DNA from: Octopus sinensis
Lineage: Eukaryota
DNA length: 64,000 nucleotides
Direction of reading: 5' to 3'
Assembly (NCBI RefSeq): GCF_006345805.1
Contig: NC_043011.1
Span: forward strand, 22,766,464 to 22,830,463
The notes beneath the pieces were generated by a model. That model had not been told where the DNA came from. It made no database searches and saw only the letters and a program-made list of their open reading frames with translations. Every line of letters starts with the position of its first letter. The stretch's first letter is position 1. Below, piece after piece: positions 12,150 through 24,308 of the stretch. The translations under genes and the position numbers were made by a program.

Positions 12150-13742
12150 CTAGACTCAGTGGGATACTGAGTATGTGACAGCGGAAGGAAGAGACGGCTG
12201 CATACACAAAATCAAAACACGCTGCCAGGTCCAAGAATTAAACTCACTGCCTTATCATCGTGACTACAACACCCTAATGACTATGCCATGACGCTCCTTA
12301 GTTTAAGTATCAACGCACGAAACTCTCAGACCTTGGATTGTGTCTACAGTGGAGTTCTGCTTTTCAGCACGTTTTTCTTCAAGTCTATGATAGTAAGGCA
12401 CATAATACCTGGTAAAAGAGCTATAGGGACTAGAAAACCGGCTCTAGCTGGACGAGTGGCTGGATAATCTGTCATCTGTTGGCGGTTCTGGAAGCACGGT
12501 CACTGTGAACTCAGCAGAAACATTTCCTGATGAGACACTGCTTGGAGTTTGCTGGGAGTCTGGCTTATTCGTGTGGGGGATGGATGTGTTCTTGTTAATT
12601 TCATTTTGATGTTCTGTCTCTGGCTCGGAACTGGACTCACCATTTGTTGAACTTGAACTTTTTGGCTTCCTCACCTTTTCTGTAGTTCTTACGTTGTGCC
12701 TTTTCTTGTTCTAATGTTTGTAGGACAACAGTGTGCTTTTTATCTACACGCATTCGTGTAATAGATGTCCTTCGTTTCGGATGAATTCCTTAAGCAACAA
12801 TATCTTTGTGTACGGGTGTTTTATCCCTAAGCTTGTTTCTTTTTGAGTTCTTCAAGTAAAGAAATAAATTCAGTATCTATTTATTTACTACCCACAAGGG
12901 GCTAAATACAGAGGGGACAAACAAGGACATAGGGATTAAGTCGATTACATCGACCCCAGGGCGTAAGTGGTACTTAATTTCTCGACCCCGAAAGGATGAA
13001 AGGCAAAATCGACCTCGGCGGAATTTGAACTCGGAACGTATTGACACGAAATACGGCTACGCATTTCGCCCGGCGTGCTAACGTTTCTGCCAGTATCAGC
13101 AACATCAAAGGCAGTTTGCCCTGCATTGTATTTTGAGTCCATATCACAGAAATTGCCAACTTAATATTTTGCAAGCTTTTTCCTGGCCCCTGTGAGCTGC
13201 TGCATGAAGAGAAGTCCAACCATCTGAGTCTTTGATATTCACATTAGCTTTTGTTTGGATTAATAAATGCATAACTTTGATATAGTCATTTGCGGCTGCT
13301 ACATGAAGAGCAAACAACACTTGTTTTTGCATGAGGCCGCTCTGTCACACAATTGGAATTTAACCATTGATTAGCATCAGAAAGCATCGTTTCTTCTTCT
13401 CGCCGTGCTGCTTTAGCATCCACACCTGGGCGATTCATTTCTTCCAGAAGCAACTTTTCCATTTTGGTTTCCTCACATATATCAAGAGGAAGATCGCCAT
13501 CATTGTTAACAGCAGCTATATTGGCACTGGTGCTGATAAGATATTGTGATATGTCAGTAAAGGCACAAGAAGCTGTAGCATGGAGAAGTGCCCAACCTTC
13601 CTTATCACAGGCATTAACATCAGCACCGTTTTCAACAAGAAACTTCACCATGTCAGTTTTGTCATCAATACATGCCTGGTGTAGAGCAGTAAACCCACCC
13701 ACATTGGCGCTGTTAATATATGCTCCTCGAACCAACAGTTTT

Positions 13743-13745
<3 letters not shown>
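12150..13745 (-). pseudogene. PPP1R12A: Processed pseudogene of a myosin phosphatase targeting subunit (MYPT1/PPP1R12-like ankyrin protein), 5'-truncated
   Basis: KLLVRGAYINSANVGGFTALHQACIDD...AARREEETMLSDANQWL...ALHVAAANDY...DGWTSLHAAAH...GQTAFDVAD...LEELKKKQ is colinear with MYPT1; no introns; frameshifts, stops and a SINE insertion; 3' limit uncertain. Confidence 0.85.
12880..13092 (-). mobile_element. SINE family B inserted into the MYPT1-like pseudogene
   Basis: Splits DVADT from LLEELKKKQ; short duplication CAGTATC on both sides. Confidence 0.85.
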
Positions 13746-13789
<44 letters not shown>

Positions 13790-13792
<3 letters not shown>

Positions 13793-13992
13793 ATCCAAAC
13801 AAGAAAGCACAAAAAAAACACAACAACGCGAGGACGTGAAACAAATATAGTATTATTGGACGCTCAGGAAAGAAGGAAAGAAGGAGGGTTTAACGTTTCG
13901 AGTGGAACTCTTCATCGGAAACATAGAAGGAAAGATCCAGAGAAGGGAAGACAGAGGGAAAAAAATCGACAACGGTACACACGAGGTCACAT
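13790..13992 (-). mobile_element. ~200 bp non-coding element in (TA)n with a minimal type I hammerhead motif (13888..13922)
   Basis: Minus strand GTTT-CCGATGA-A-GAGttccaCTC-GAAAC-GTT-AAAC; near-identical copy at 54815..55018. Confidence 0.7.
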
Positions 13993-14249
13993 TTTGAAAG
14001 ACCGGAATATATATATATGACTAGCAGAAAACACTGCAAAAGTAGAAATAATGCATATATTGCAATTTATTAAATGTCAGAATAAAATATTTTATCATAT
14101 TGCGTTTCATTTTATTTTATTATTTTTATTTTCATATTTCCCTCTTGTTTTTTTCTTGGAATGCTCCAAATACATACACAATGGGAAGGGAGCATGGGAA
14201 GGGAGCCCCTCACTCACCCCACCCACTTTCTAGCACGAGGTTACTTACC

Positions 14250-14483
14250 TATGTCTTTATTACCTACAAGGGGCTAAACACAGAGAGGACAAACAAGGAC
14301 AGACAAACGGATTAAGTCGATTACATCGACCCCAGTGCGAAACTGGTACTTTATTTATCGACCCCGAAAGGATGAAAGGCAGAGTCGACCTCGGCGGAAT
14401 TTGAACTCAGAACGTAACGACAGACGAAATACCGCTAAGCATTTCGCCCGGCGCGCTAACGTTTCTGCCAGTTCGCCGCCTCA
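14250..14483 (-). mobile_element. SINE family B with 16 bp TSD
   Basis: CACGAGGTTACTTACC at 14234..14249 and 14484..14499. Confidence 0.92.
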
Positions 14484-15112
14484 CACGAGGTTACTTACCG
14501 CTTTGCCAATGCCTTCAACCGACCCTCCGTAATTTGGGTCACTTATGCAACTCCGCAGTTAATAAATAATATGCACAAGTGTGTATATGAACGTCTATGT
14601 TTGTATGTCAGAGCGCGTACAGTTATGAGAGTGATTGCCAGGTCAGAGATGGGAGAGAAAGACAGGGAGAGACAAAAGGACAAGTTGACAAACAGACATT
14701 GAATGAAACAAAGAATAAGAGACACAGACAGACACAGATAACGACAGACAGAGAATTTAGGCCAATAAGCTCCATTTTGTTGTCGAACGGCAAAAGGTCA
14801 AAACTACTGGAAGTTGATCACTTATCATATTTTGACCTCAGTGAATATTTACAATGCATGATAAACCCGAGTAGGGAAGGATATGAGGTGAGCGAAGAAG
14901 GGTGAAAAGATAAAGGATTAGAAGGGAAGTAAGAGATTGAGGGAAAAAAGATCCTCAAGATTATATGCACTTTTATAATACACATTTCATTCTTTTATCT
15001 TTTACTTGTTTCAGTCGCTGAACTGCGGCCATGTTGGAGCACCATCTTCAAGGGTTTCGCCGAACAGTTCGACCTCAGTTCTTTTTTTTTTCTGTTTTTC
15101 TTTTTACAAGTA

Positions 15113-15570
15113 TAGGCGCATGAGTGGCTGTGTGGTAAGTAGCTTGCTTACCAACCACATAGTTCCGGGTTCAGTCGCCACTGCATGGCACCTTGGGTAA
15201 GTGTCTTCTACTATAGCCTCGGGCCGACAACAGCCTTGTGAGTGGATTTGGTAGACGGAAACTGAAAGAAGCCCGTCGTATATATGTATATATGTGTGCG
15301 TGTGTGTATGTATGTATGTATGTATGTATGTATGTATGTATGTATGTATGTATGTATGTATGTATGTATGTGTGTCTGCCTTTGTTCCCCCAACATCACT
15401 TGACAACCGATTCCGGTGTGTTTACGTCCCCGTAACCTAGTGGTTCGGCAAAAGAGACCGATAGAATAAGTACTAGGCTTACAAAGAATAAGTCCTGGGG
15501 TCGATTTGCTCGACTAAAGGCGGTGCTCCAGCATGGCCACAGTCAAATGAGTGAAACAAGTAAAAGAGTA
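15113..15570 (+). mobile_element. SINE family A with expanded internal (TATG)n
   Basis: Full head, centre and tail. Confidence 0.9.
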
Positions 15571-15836
15571 AAACTTAGTAAAATAGTAAGTCTAGTTCTT
15601 ATCCAATCATGTTAAGTAGACGTAAACGAACCAACAAACACTGGATACTGAGCGGAGAAACACAGAGACATACACACACAAACATATATTCACATATAAT
15701 TAGCAAGCTTAAGACTAGAAAGCATATATATAACTGGCTAGCTAGGTGGTTAGATAGAGAGTGGGGGGATGAGGAGAGGGGGGAGAGAGAAAGAGACAGA
15801 CAGACAGACAGTCAAATATATACAGATAGACAGACT

Positions 15837-15882
<46 letters not shown>

Positions 15883-15908
15883 AAGAGAGACGGACGGACG
15901 GACGGACG

Positions 15909-16048
<140 letters not shown>

Positions 16049-16255
16049 CGACAGGCATCCACACAGTTTCCATCCCCATTTTCACTTACAAAGCACTGTG
16101 CCGGTTTGAGGCTATAGTGGGTGACACTTGCCCAAAGTGCCGCGTGGTGGGACGAAACCCCTTAGTTGCAAATTCCTCGGCGGAATTTGAACTCATAAAG
16201 TAAAGACCCGGAAGAAATGTCGCTTAGTATTTTTTTCCGGCGAGCAAACGATTCT

Positions 16256-17040
16256 TATTTCTTTATTGCCCACAAGGGGCTAAACACAGAAGAGACAAAC
16301 AAGGACAGACACACGGATTAAGTCGATTACATCGACCCTAGTACGTAACTGGTGCTTAATTTATCGACTCCGAAAGTATGAAAGGCAAAGTCGACCTCAG
16401 CGGAATTTGAACTCAGAACGTAGCGGCAGACGAAATACCTATTTCTTTACTATCCACAAGGGGCTAAACACAGAGAGGACAAACAAGGACAGACAAACGG
16501 ATTAAGTCGATTTTACCGACTCCAGTGAATAACTGGTACTTATTTAACCGACCCCGAAAGGATGAAAGGCAAAGTCGACCTCAGCGGAATTTGAACTCAG
16601 AACGTAGCGGCAGACGAAATACCTATTTCTTTACTATCCACAAGGGGCTAAACACAGAGAGGACAAACAAGGACAGACAAACGGATTAAGTCGATTTTAC
16701 CGACTCCAGTGAATAACTGGTACTTATTTAACCGACCCCGAAAGTATGAAAGGCAAAGTCGACCTCAGCGGAATTTGAACTCAGAACGTAGCGGCAGACG
16801 AAATACCTATTTCTTTACTATCCACAAGGGGCTAAACACAGAGAGGACAAACAAGGACAGACAAACGGATTAAGTCGATTTTACCGACTCCAGTGAATAA
16901 CTGGTACTTATTTAACCGAACCCGAAAGGATGAAAGGCAAAGTCGACCTCAGCGGAATTTGAACTCAGAACGTAGCGGCAGACGAAATACCGCAAAGCAT
17001 TTCGCCCGGTGTGCTAACGATTCTGCCAGCTCGCCGCCTT
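16256..17040 (-). repeat. Head-to-tail tandem array of SINE family B: one head plus four body-tail units, period 184 bp
   Basis: Junction ...GACGAAATACC|TATTTCTTT recurs at 16440, 16624 and 16808; single 5' head ends near 17040. Confidence 0.92.
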
Positions 17041-17225
17041 TAATAAATATCTATATATTAATACAACAGCACATTTTCTGGAGAAGACGCCTGGCACAGT
17101 GGTTAAGGTATTCATTTCACGATCGTACGGCCGTCAGTTCGATTCCTGGCAGCCCATAGTTTCAGGCAGAAGTTTTCAGCTTTCTAAAAAACAAAAACTG
17201 CTTTCATTTATATCGAAGGTTTGAA

Positions 17226-17832
17226 TAGACGTCCGACCTATTTTCTTTTCTCCTCCCACTCACATACGAAGGCTAATGACCCAAACGGACATTAGATCAT
17301 TAAACTCTACACTCCTTCTCAAGAATTCTTCCATGACTGTTCATTCGAGCTAATTTCCTCAGATTCCGGATTTTGCCCAAATACCGGACATTGAATGAAC
17401 GCAACAATAGGATATATGTTATCATTCTTGCTATCGAGCCTGTGTAACCAGTCTCGGGAGAAAGTGTTTTCTCGTTTTACTTTTGTTTGTTTATTTCAAT
17501 TTTTTATGAATGTCTATTATTTCTGTAACCCCACCTGCCTACCTACCTAAGCTATCTATCTATATATTTTCAAATTTTGGCGTAAAAGCCAGGAATATTA
17601 GGAGGGGGTGATTAATTAATTACACCAATCCCAGTACTTGACGAGCACTAGATGTCCGTCCTATTTTCTTTTCTCCTCTCTCTCTCTCACATACGAAGGC
17701 TAATGACCCAAACGGACATTAGATCATTAAACTCTACACTCCTCAAGAATTCTTCCGTGACTGTTCATTCGAACTAATTTCCTCAGATTCCGGATTTTGC
17801 CCAAATAAACTAACTACCGGACATTGAATGAA
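17226..17832. repeat. Pair of ~175-185 bp direct repeats (17226..17399 and 17649..17832)
   Basis: TAGAC/TGTCCG...CACATACGAAGGCTAATGACCCAAACGGACATTAGATC...CCGGACATTGAATGAA occurs twice. Confidence 0.85.
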
Positions 17833-18299
17833 TAAAAGAATGACGGGCATCAATTACGTCGATTCCAGTACTTTTATCAACTACGAAAGGATAAAAGACA
17901 AAGTTGACCCCGGCGTTATTTGAACTCAGAACGTAAGTAGCCAAAAGAAATGTTTCTAAGCTCTTTGTTCAACAGTCTAACGATTCTGCCAGCTCGTCGC
18001 CTTAGGAATAATCCTTTCTACTACCGGGCACAAGGCCAGGAAATTTATGGGACGGGGCTAGTCAATTATGTCGCCCCTAGTGCTCAACTGATCCTTATAT
18101 CATGAATCCCGAAAGTATATAAGGCGAAGTCGACCTCGGTGAAATTTGAACTCCAAACGTAAAGAGTCGGAAAATGCCATTAAGCATTTTGTCCGGCGCG
18201 CTGACGATTCTGTCAGCTCGCCAAATAAAACTTTTCAGCTGTCCTTCTTGTTGTGATAAATGAATGAGAAATAGATAAATTCAAGTTCTCTCTAAATTA

Positions 18300-18737
18300 T
18301 TTATTTCTTTATTGCCCACAGGGGGTTAAACATAGAGGGGACAAACAAGGACAAAGGGATTAAGTCGATTACATCGACCCCAATACGTAACTGGTACTTA
18401 TTTAATCGACACCGAAAGGATGAAAGGCAAAGTCGACCTCGGCGGAATTTGAACTCAGAGCGTAACGGCAGACGAAACACCGCTAAGCATTTCGCCCGAT
18501 GTGCTAACAATTCTTATTTCTTTACTACCCACAAGGAGCTACACACAGAGGGGACAAACAAGGACAGACAAACAGATTAAATCGATCCCAGTGCGTAACT
18601 GGTACTTATTTAATCGACCCCGAAAGGATGAAGGGCAAAGTCGACCTCGACGGAATTTGAACTCAGAACGTATCGACAGACGAAATATCGCTGAGCATTT
18701 CGCCCGGTGCGCTAACGATTCTGCCAGCTCGCCGCCC
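18300..18737 (-). mobile_element. SINE family B dimer
   Basis: Two body-tail units; junction AAAGAAATA|AGAATTGTTAGC near 18512; flanking duplication AGTTCTCTCTAAATTA. Confidence 0.85.
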
Positions 18738-19447
18738 TAGTTCTCTCTAAATTAATGATGTTAACAACATAGATTCTCGTTGGTAAAAATAAATTTTTTT
18801 TAAAAGAATAGAAAAAATTTGAAGGATTTATTTTGGTCCAACGGTAGAACGTTTGTCATATCTACAGGAGACGTGGGTTTGTGTTCGACGGGCAATCTTC
18901 CACCTTTTCTATCCAAAAGGGATTTTCAACCCAGTTTTTACATAACTAAAAGTGTAAAGCTGGCAGAATCTTTACCTCGCCAGGCAAAATGCTTAGCGGC
19001 ATTTCGTCCGTCTTTACGTTCGGAGTTCAAATTCCGCCGAGGTTAACTTTGCCTTTCATCCTTACGGGGTCGATAAATTAAGTACCAATTGCGTACTGGC
19101 TCGATCTAATCGACTGCCCCCCACCCAACAAAAAAAGAAAAGAACAAAAAAAAAACTTCGGGACTTGTGCTTAGAGTAGAAAAGAATAAAATAAGCACCA
19201 ATTGAGCACGGGGGTCGATATAATTGACTCACTCCCCGCCTCCTAAATAGCTGGCCTTTTGCCAAAAGTTAAAATCAGTATTCATAGTTATATGTGATTT
19301 GACATTCACTGTCCCCAAAACAAAACCAGTCTGTGTTAGCTTGATGTTGACCTTTTGTTTGTTCCATTAAGACATGCTGAATGAACAATTTAAAAAACAT
19401 AAATTCATTCCCTCATAAACCAAACTGCAAGATAGCATTTAACAAAA

Positions 19448-19868
19448 GGCGGCGGCTAGCTGGCAGAAACGTTAGCATGCCGGGCGAAATGCTTAGTGGT
19501 CTTTCGTCCGCCGCTACGTTCTGAGTTCAAATTCTGCCGAGGTCGACTTTGCCTTTCATCCTTTCGGGGTCGATTAAATAAGTACCAGTTACGCACTGGG
19601 GTCGATGTAATCGACTTAATCCGTTTGTCTGTCTTTGTTTGTCCTCTCTGTGTTTAGCCCCTTGTGGGTATTAAAGAAATAGGTATTTCGTCTGCCATTA
19701 CGTTCTGAGTTCAAATTCCTCCGAAGTCGACTTTACCTTTCATCCTTTCTGGGATCGATAAATTAAGTACCAGTTACGCACTCGGGTCGATGTAATCGAC
19801 TTAATCCCTTTGTCTGTCCTTGTTTGTCCCCTCTATGTTTATCCCCTTGTGGGCAACAAAGAAATAAG
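19448..19868 (+). mobile_element. SINE family B dimer
   Basis: Junction AAAGAAATA|GGTATTTCGTCTG near 19681; flanking duplication AGATAGCATTTAACAA. Confidence 0.88.
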
Positions 19869-20109
19869 ATAGCATTTAACAAGGGTTTTATTTACATTTT
19901 TCTACTGGTCGATAAACCAATATAGATGTCATAAGCGCCATAGTGCATACAATACGATGCTTTGATTTCGACATCAAGAAAATAATAGGAAAGATGGTTA
20001 TAAGTCTATTACAAACCTAAAGGTGTGAATGTCACCGAACCGAGATGAAGATGAGCACTATGTTCTGCGAGTTTGTTAGCGAGTTATACACGCTTATAAC
20101 ACACATATA

Positions 20110-20295
20110 CGAAGGGGTTGCTGAAAAGTTCCTGGCTTTAAGGGTGTCGCGAAAGGCCTGGCTGAACGCCAAACTTTCCGAATGCTTTTTCAGGACTTAG
20201 AAAAACTGAAGGACTGGTGCAATAAGTGTGTGACACTGAAAGGGGAATATGTTGAATGAAATCATAATTAACAGATTGTCCTGTATCTTCTTTTA
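20110..20295 (+). mobile_element. Internally deleted mariner relic
   Basis: TA|CGAAGGGGTTGCTGAAAAGTTCCTGG TIR-like start and the transposase tail W(CN)KCVTLKGEYVE*. Confidence 0.6.
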
Positions 20296-20594
20296 CCCAA
20301 AGTATATACATACACTTGTGTGGGTGTGTGGGTGTGCGTGCGCGCACTTATTTGTTTCTTTCGGACAACACTGGGTGCCAAAGATGGTGGTATGTATGTA
20401 TGTTGCGTGTGTGTGTATATATGTGTATATGCATTGACACTTATCAAACTGCAGAGAAACTCTAAGCCCTTGAGTCACTTTGTAACTTCTGCATATAAAA
20501 AAAAAATGTGTGTGTGTGCCCGCGCGCGTGTATGTGTGCGTGTGTGTGCATCGTGCGTGCCTGTGCGTGCGTGACGGTAGATAGATAGACAGAC

Positions 20595-20744
<150 letters not shown>

Positions 20745-20762
20745 TGATTGATTGATAGATAA

Positions 20763-21822
20763 GTTTCTTTATTGGCCACACAGGGCTGCACACAGATGGG
20801 ACAAATTACAAGGTAGAGCTTTTCTTTTGTGGGATGAAGAAAAACAAAAAAAAACAAAAAACAAAAGAAACAAAAAAAAAGTGGCGTAGGTTTTCGATTA
20901 AAAGGGATCGGAGAAGGGGAAAAAGAAAAAAAGAAAAAAAGGAAAGAAAAAAAAGGAAAAAAAGGAAAAGAAAAATAAAAAAGGAAGAAAAAAGAGGAAA
21001 ATGGGGGAGAAGAAAAAAAACGTTCAATAGGGATCGTGTATCACAGTGTCATGATGTACGGTGTAAAGGGGAAAGCAGATAACGTTTATCCGTGGGAAGA
21101 AAAGCCTACGAAAAAGACCACGGTAACCTCGGTCAATATTGTTATATGTTACCACATTTGTTTGCAAGTGGGTAACCCTCTGTTTTCAATTTCTGGGTTC
21201 ATAGGACTATGCTCAAGGTGGCTTCGTCATTCATACGTGCCATCCTTGCTACATTCAACCATCTTTTTTAAAACATTCGCTAGACAAAACTTGCCTCTCT
21301 ACTCTCACTTTCCTTTTCAAGTGGTACTTGAAGAAGTTGATGAGACATTGACCAGAGAGGAAAGTGTTTGTCTCCAATCCTTTCAGACGCGTCCACCAGA
21401 TACATTCCTTCGCCATAGCCACAAGGATGATGAAAATAGCTCTTCCTTCCCGTTTGAAGGAAGGAGGCGTGACAATATTGACGATAGACTCAGCTGATAA
21501 ACCGACTCGTCCCACACGTGACAGCAGTTGTTAGACATAAGCCCACAGGTCGGAAATTGTTGGACACTGCACGAGTGCGTGAGAACGGGTTTCGTCGCTC
21601 TGACCGCATCTCGGGCAGGTCGGCCCCGTGCTTCTCGAGCCGTGTCTGTAGAGCTTATCCCGAACGGGTAGCGCTTCTCGGTAGCACTGCCAGGCCAGGG
21701 ATCTCTGGAAGTTGTCCATGGGCCCTGGCCGGAAAGTCGTCCCGAACAGGCGGGTCAGGTATTCCTCGTCGACGTCCAGGTTCGCCCCGAGCTCGTCGTC
21801 GTACCTCCCCTCCACTAATCCC
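20763..21822 (-). mobile_element. Tx1/L1-clade LINE, 5'-truncated 3' kilobase, between (GATA)n tracts
   Basis: LAWQCYREALPVRDKL...CPRCGQSDETRSHALVQCP (C-terminal zinc-binding region), AKECIWWTR; T-rich 3' UTR; tail TTTGTCCCATCTGTGTGCAGCCCTGTGTGGCCAATAAAGAAAC. Confidence 0.8.
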
Positions 21823-21826
21823 CTAT

Positions 21827-21916
<90 letters not shown>

Positions 21917-22559
21917 CAGCAGCATCCTTCTATCTTACTCTACTATCAGTATTGGTACTCTTAGCATTTTATATAGGTATGTATGTCTGAATGCTGTGTA
22001 ATTGTACAGTGTGGGGGGAAATCGTATACATCGGAATTTTGTCAGTGAACAGGTCGCGGTCTCAAAGCGACGAAAATATTTTGACAAATTAACGGATCTA
22101 ACGGATTTTGTGTGTTTCTTAAATGGCTTATAAACACCTTCCACACTGCAATTGTTTTCGTTCCAGCACACGATCTCAGATCAGGTCACTTGCTATGCAA
22201 GTACATCTCCGTAATACTAAAAAGGTTTTAACATTATTAGTGGAAATGGATGGGTGTGTTTTCCTACGTAACTTATGAAGCTCACTGTGTTGTTTTTCTG
22301 CACAAATTATAAAGCTGGGTGTGTTTCACTCTGCGATTACTGAGTCGTGTTTGTTTGCTGGCGAAGTTGTAGAACAGGAGTTGGCGGTGATTAACCGGTA
22401 AACTCTGCCCAAATCCTTTTCCTCTTTGATTAGAGACGCTCCTTTATATAGTCTCGATAAAAGCCTCTATTTAGTCGAGACTATCGTTCGTAAGCATATC
22501 TTTGGAGGAAGTAGGGTCAATAAATGATTAGCCTGAAATATAACGATGTAAGTAAGCGG

Positions 22560-22900
22560 TGAAATTCTTACGGTCTCTCGATTTCCTGTAATTCAGACCA
22601 CTTCTTGGTCCCAGCAGACAAAAAGGAAAAGGCGTTGCCCTGGAAGACGGCGAGAGAGATGCGCTGGAACAACCACTCTGACACATGGGCCTCACGTTTG
22701 CGGATAGCCATCTTCACCCCGATAGCGGTGAGCAGAGATATGGTCTGGGAGCCGAGAACACCGGAGTATCCACTGCCACAGGCTCGACTATAAATCTGTC
22801 AGAGAGCGACCGATATTTTGACAGTTTGCTCTTCGCAACCTGTTCATCCACCCTGCGGAGTGGATGAACAGCGGAGCCTGGGCTGGCAACTGAGTACACC
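22560..22900 (-). mobile_element. CRE-clade-like non-LTR retrotransposon C-terminal fragment
   Basis: PGSA...KLSKYRSLSDRFIVEPVAVDT...REAHVSEWLFQRISLAVFQGNA resembles the REL-endonuclease tail K..KY..L..F.P.A.ET.G...QR.S.A.QRGNA. Confidence 0.6.
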
Positions 22901-23278
22901 AAAAGGCCTACTGCTACAGAACGAAGCTGGTTCATCTGGGACACTTGACAGTAAGAGGTCCAGTTTTATTTTGAAAACACCTACATCCACCCCATGCAGG
23001 TCTCTCAGGTCCTTGGGGGGATATTGAAGAGCTGTGGACCTCTGAAGCCCAGGCTCTTGCAGTATCTTGTCCAACATCTTGATGGCAAATTTGGAGTCCT
23101 TGGCACTATGCAGTGGCACCCAGTTCTAGTATTTGTGTAACTCTCGATGCCAAAGTTTGGTACAAGTCCTTCCAGGATCTTCCAGATGTATATTATGGCA
23201 TATCTTTCTCGCCTACGCTTTAAGGGATAGAGTCTTAATCTCATGAGTCTTTCCCAATAGCGTTTATGCCGCATAGAA
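22900..23278 (-). mobile_element. CR1/L2-group LINE C-terminal fragment
   Basis: YWERLMRLRLYPLKRRRERYAIIYIWKIL...GPQLFN...VFKIKLDLLLSSVPDEP. Confidence 0.8.
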
Positions 23279-23279
23279 G

Positions 23280-23330
<51 letters not shown>

Positions 23331-23464
23331 CACATACATATATATTTATTTATTAGAAATATATATATATATATACATCTAATATAGGATACCATTTTTC
23401 GAAAAAAAATTCTATCAATGGCCAGCATAATAAAAAATACCTTTAAAGGTTAAATTTATAAACA

Positions 23465-23871
23465 ATTTATAAGTAAGAGCAAAAGAAAAAATTTCTAATG
23501 CCAAAATATGCCGAAAATAGACATAACGTCAATAACCATGTAATTTATCACTACAAGCATGCGTTTCGAAGAAAGCCGACAGAAATTTCTAAAAAAATCC
23601 TGTTATTACCATATCGGACCCGATTTCAGAGTTAGTTCATAAGAACTTAAGGGTATAAGTATTTCACTTATTTCTTTGCCGCATTTATCACTGAAGGTTC
23701 TTATGAACTAACTCTGAAATCGGGTCCGATATGGTAATAACGGGATTTTTAAAGAAATTTCTGTCGGTTTTCTTCGAAACGCGTGCTTGTAGTGATAAAT
23801 TACATGGTTATTGACGTTGTGTCTATTTTCGGCATATTTTGGCATTAGAAATTTTTTCTTTTGCCCTTACT

Positions 23872-23878
<7 letters not shown>
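23465..23878. repeat. Fold-back palindrome, ~182 bp arms and ~50 bp loop, between (TA)n tracts
   Basis: 23465..23646 is the reverse complement of 23697..23878 with a few substitutions. Confidence 0.92.
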
Positions 23879-23930
<52 letters not shown>

Positions 23931-24308
23931 TGAGCATTAGTATTGGCACATTTCCAGATAAACATGCAAATCTTGTAAACAAATATCTCGATTTCCTTTC
24001 TTTCAACCTGGTTTTTATCCAGGTGGTTAACTTTCATTTCATTGGCATCCAGTTATGAAATAGAAAAGATAGTTTTTTAAATGCTATAGTCCTCGTCTTT
24101 TTCTTAATATATTCGGTTATACATCTCCAGAATACATTGTAAACAATATTTCTAATACTGTTCTATATTTAAGAGATGAGGAATTATGTACATTATTGAC
24201 ATTATTTACATTTGACGTATATTTGCCTTGATCTTGTTTGTTGTTAACACGAGGTTTCGGTTGAGGACAAATATCCGTCAAATGTTGGTTCTACGTCAGC
24301 GTGTGTAT

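Noticed and set aside
16256-17040. Regular repeat array resembling CRISPR or a tRNA gene cluster
   Set aside because: Units are contiguous SINE bodies with no unique spacers, no cas genes and no complete cloverleaf.
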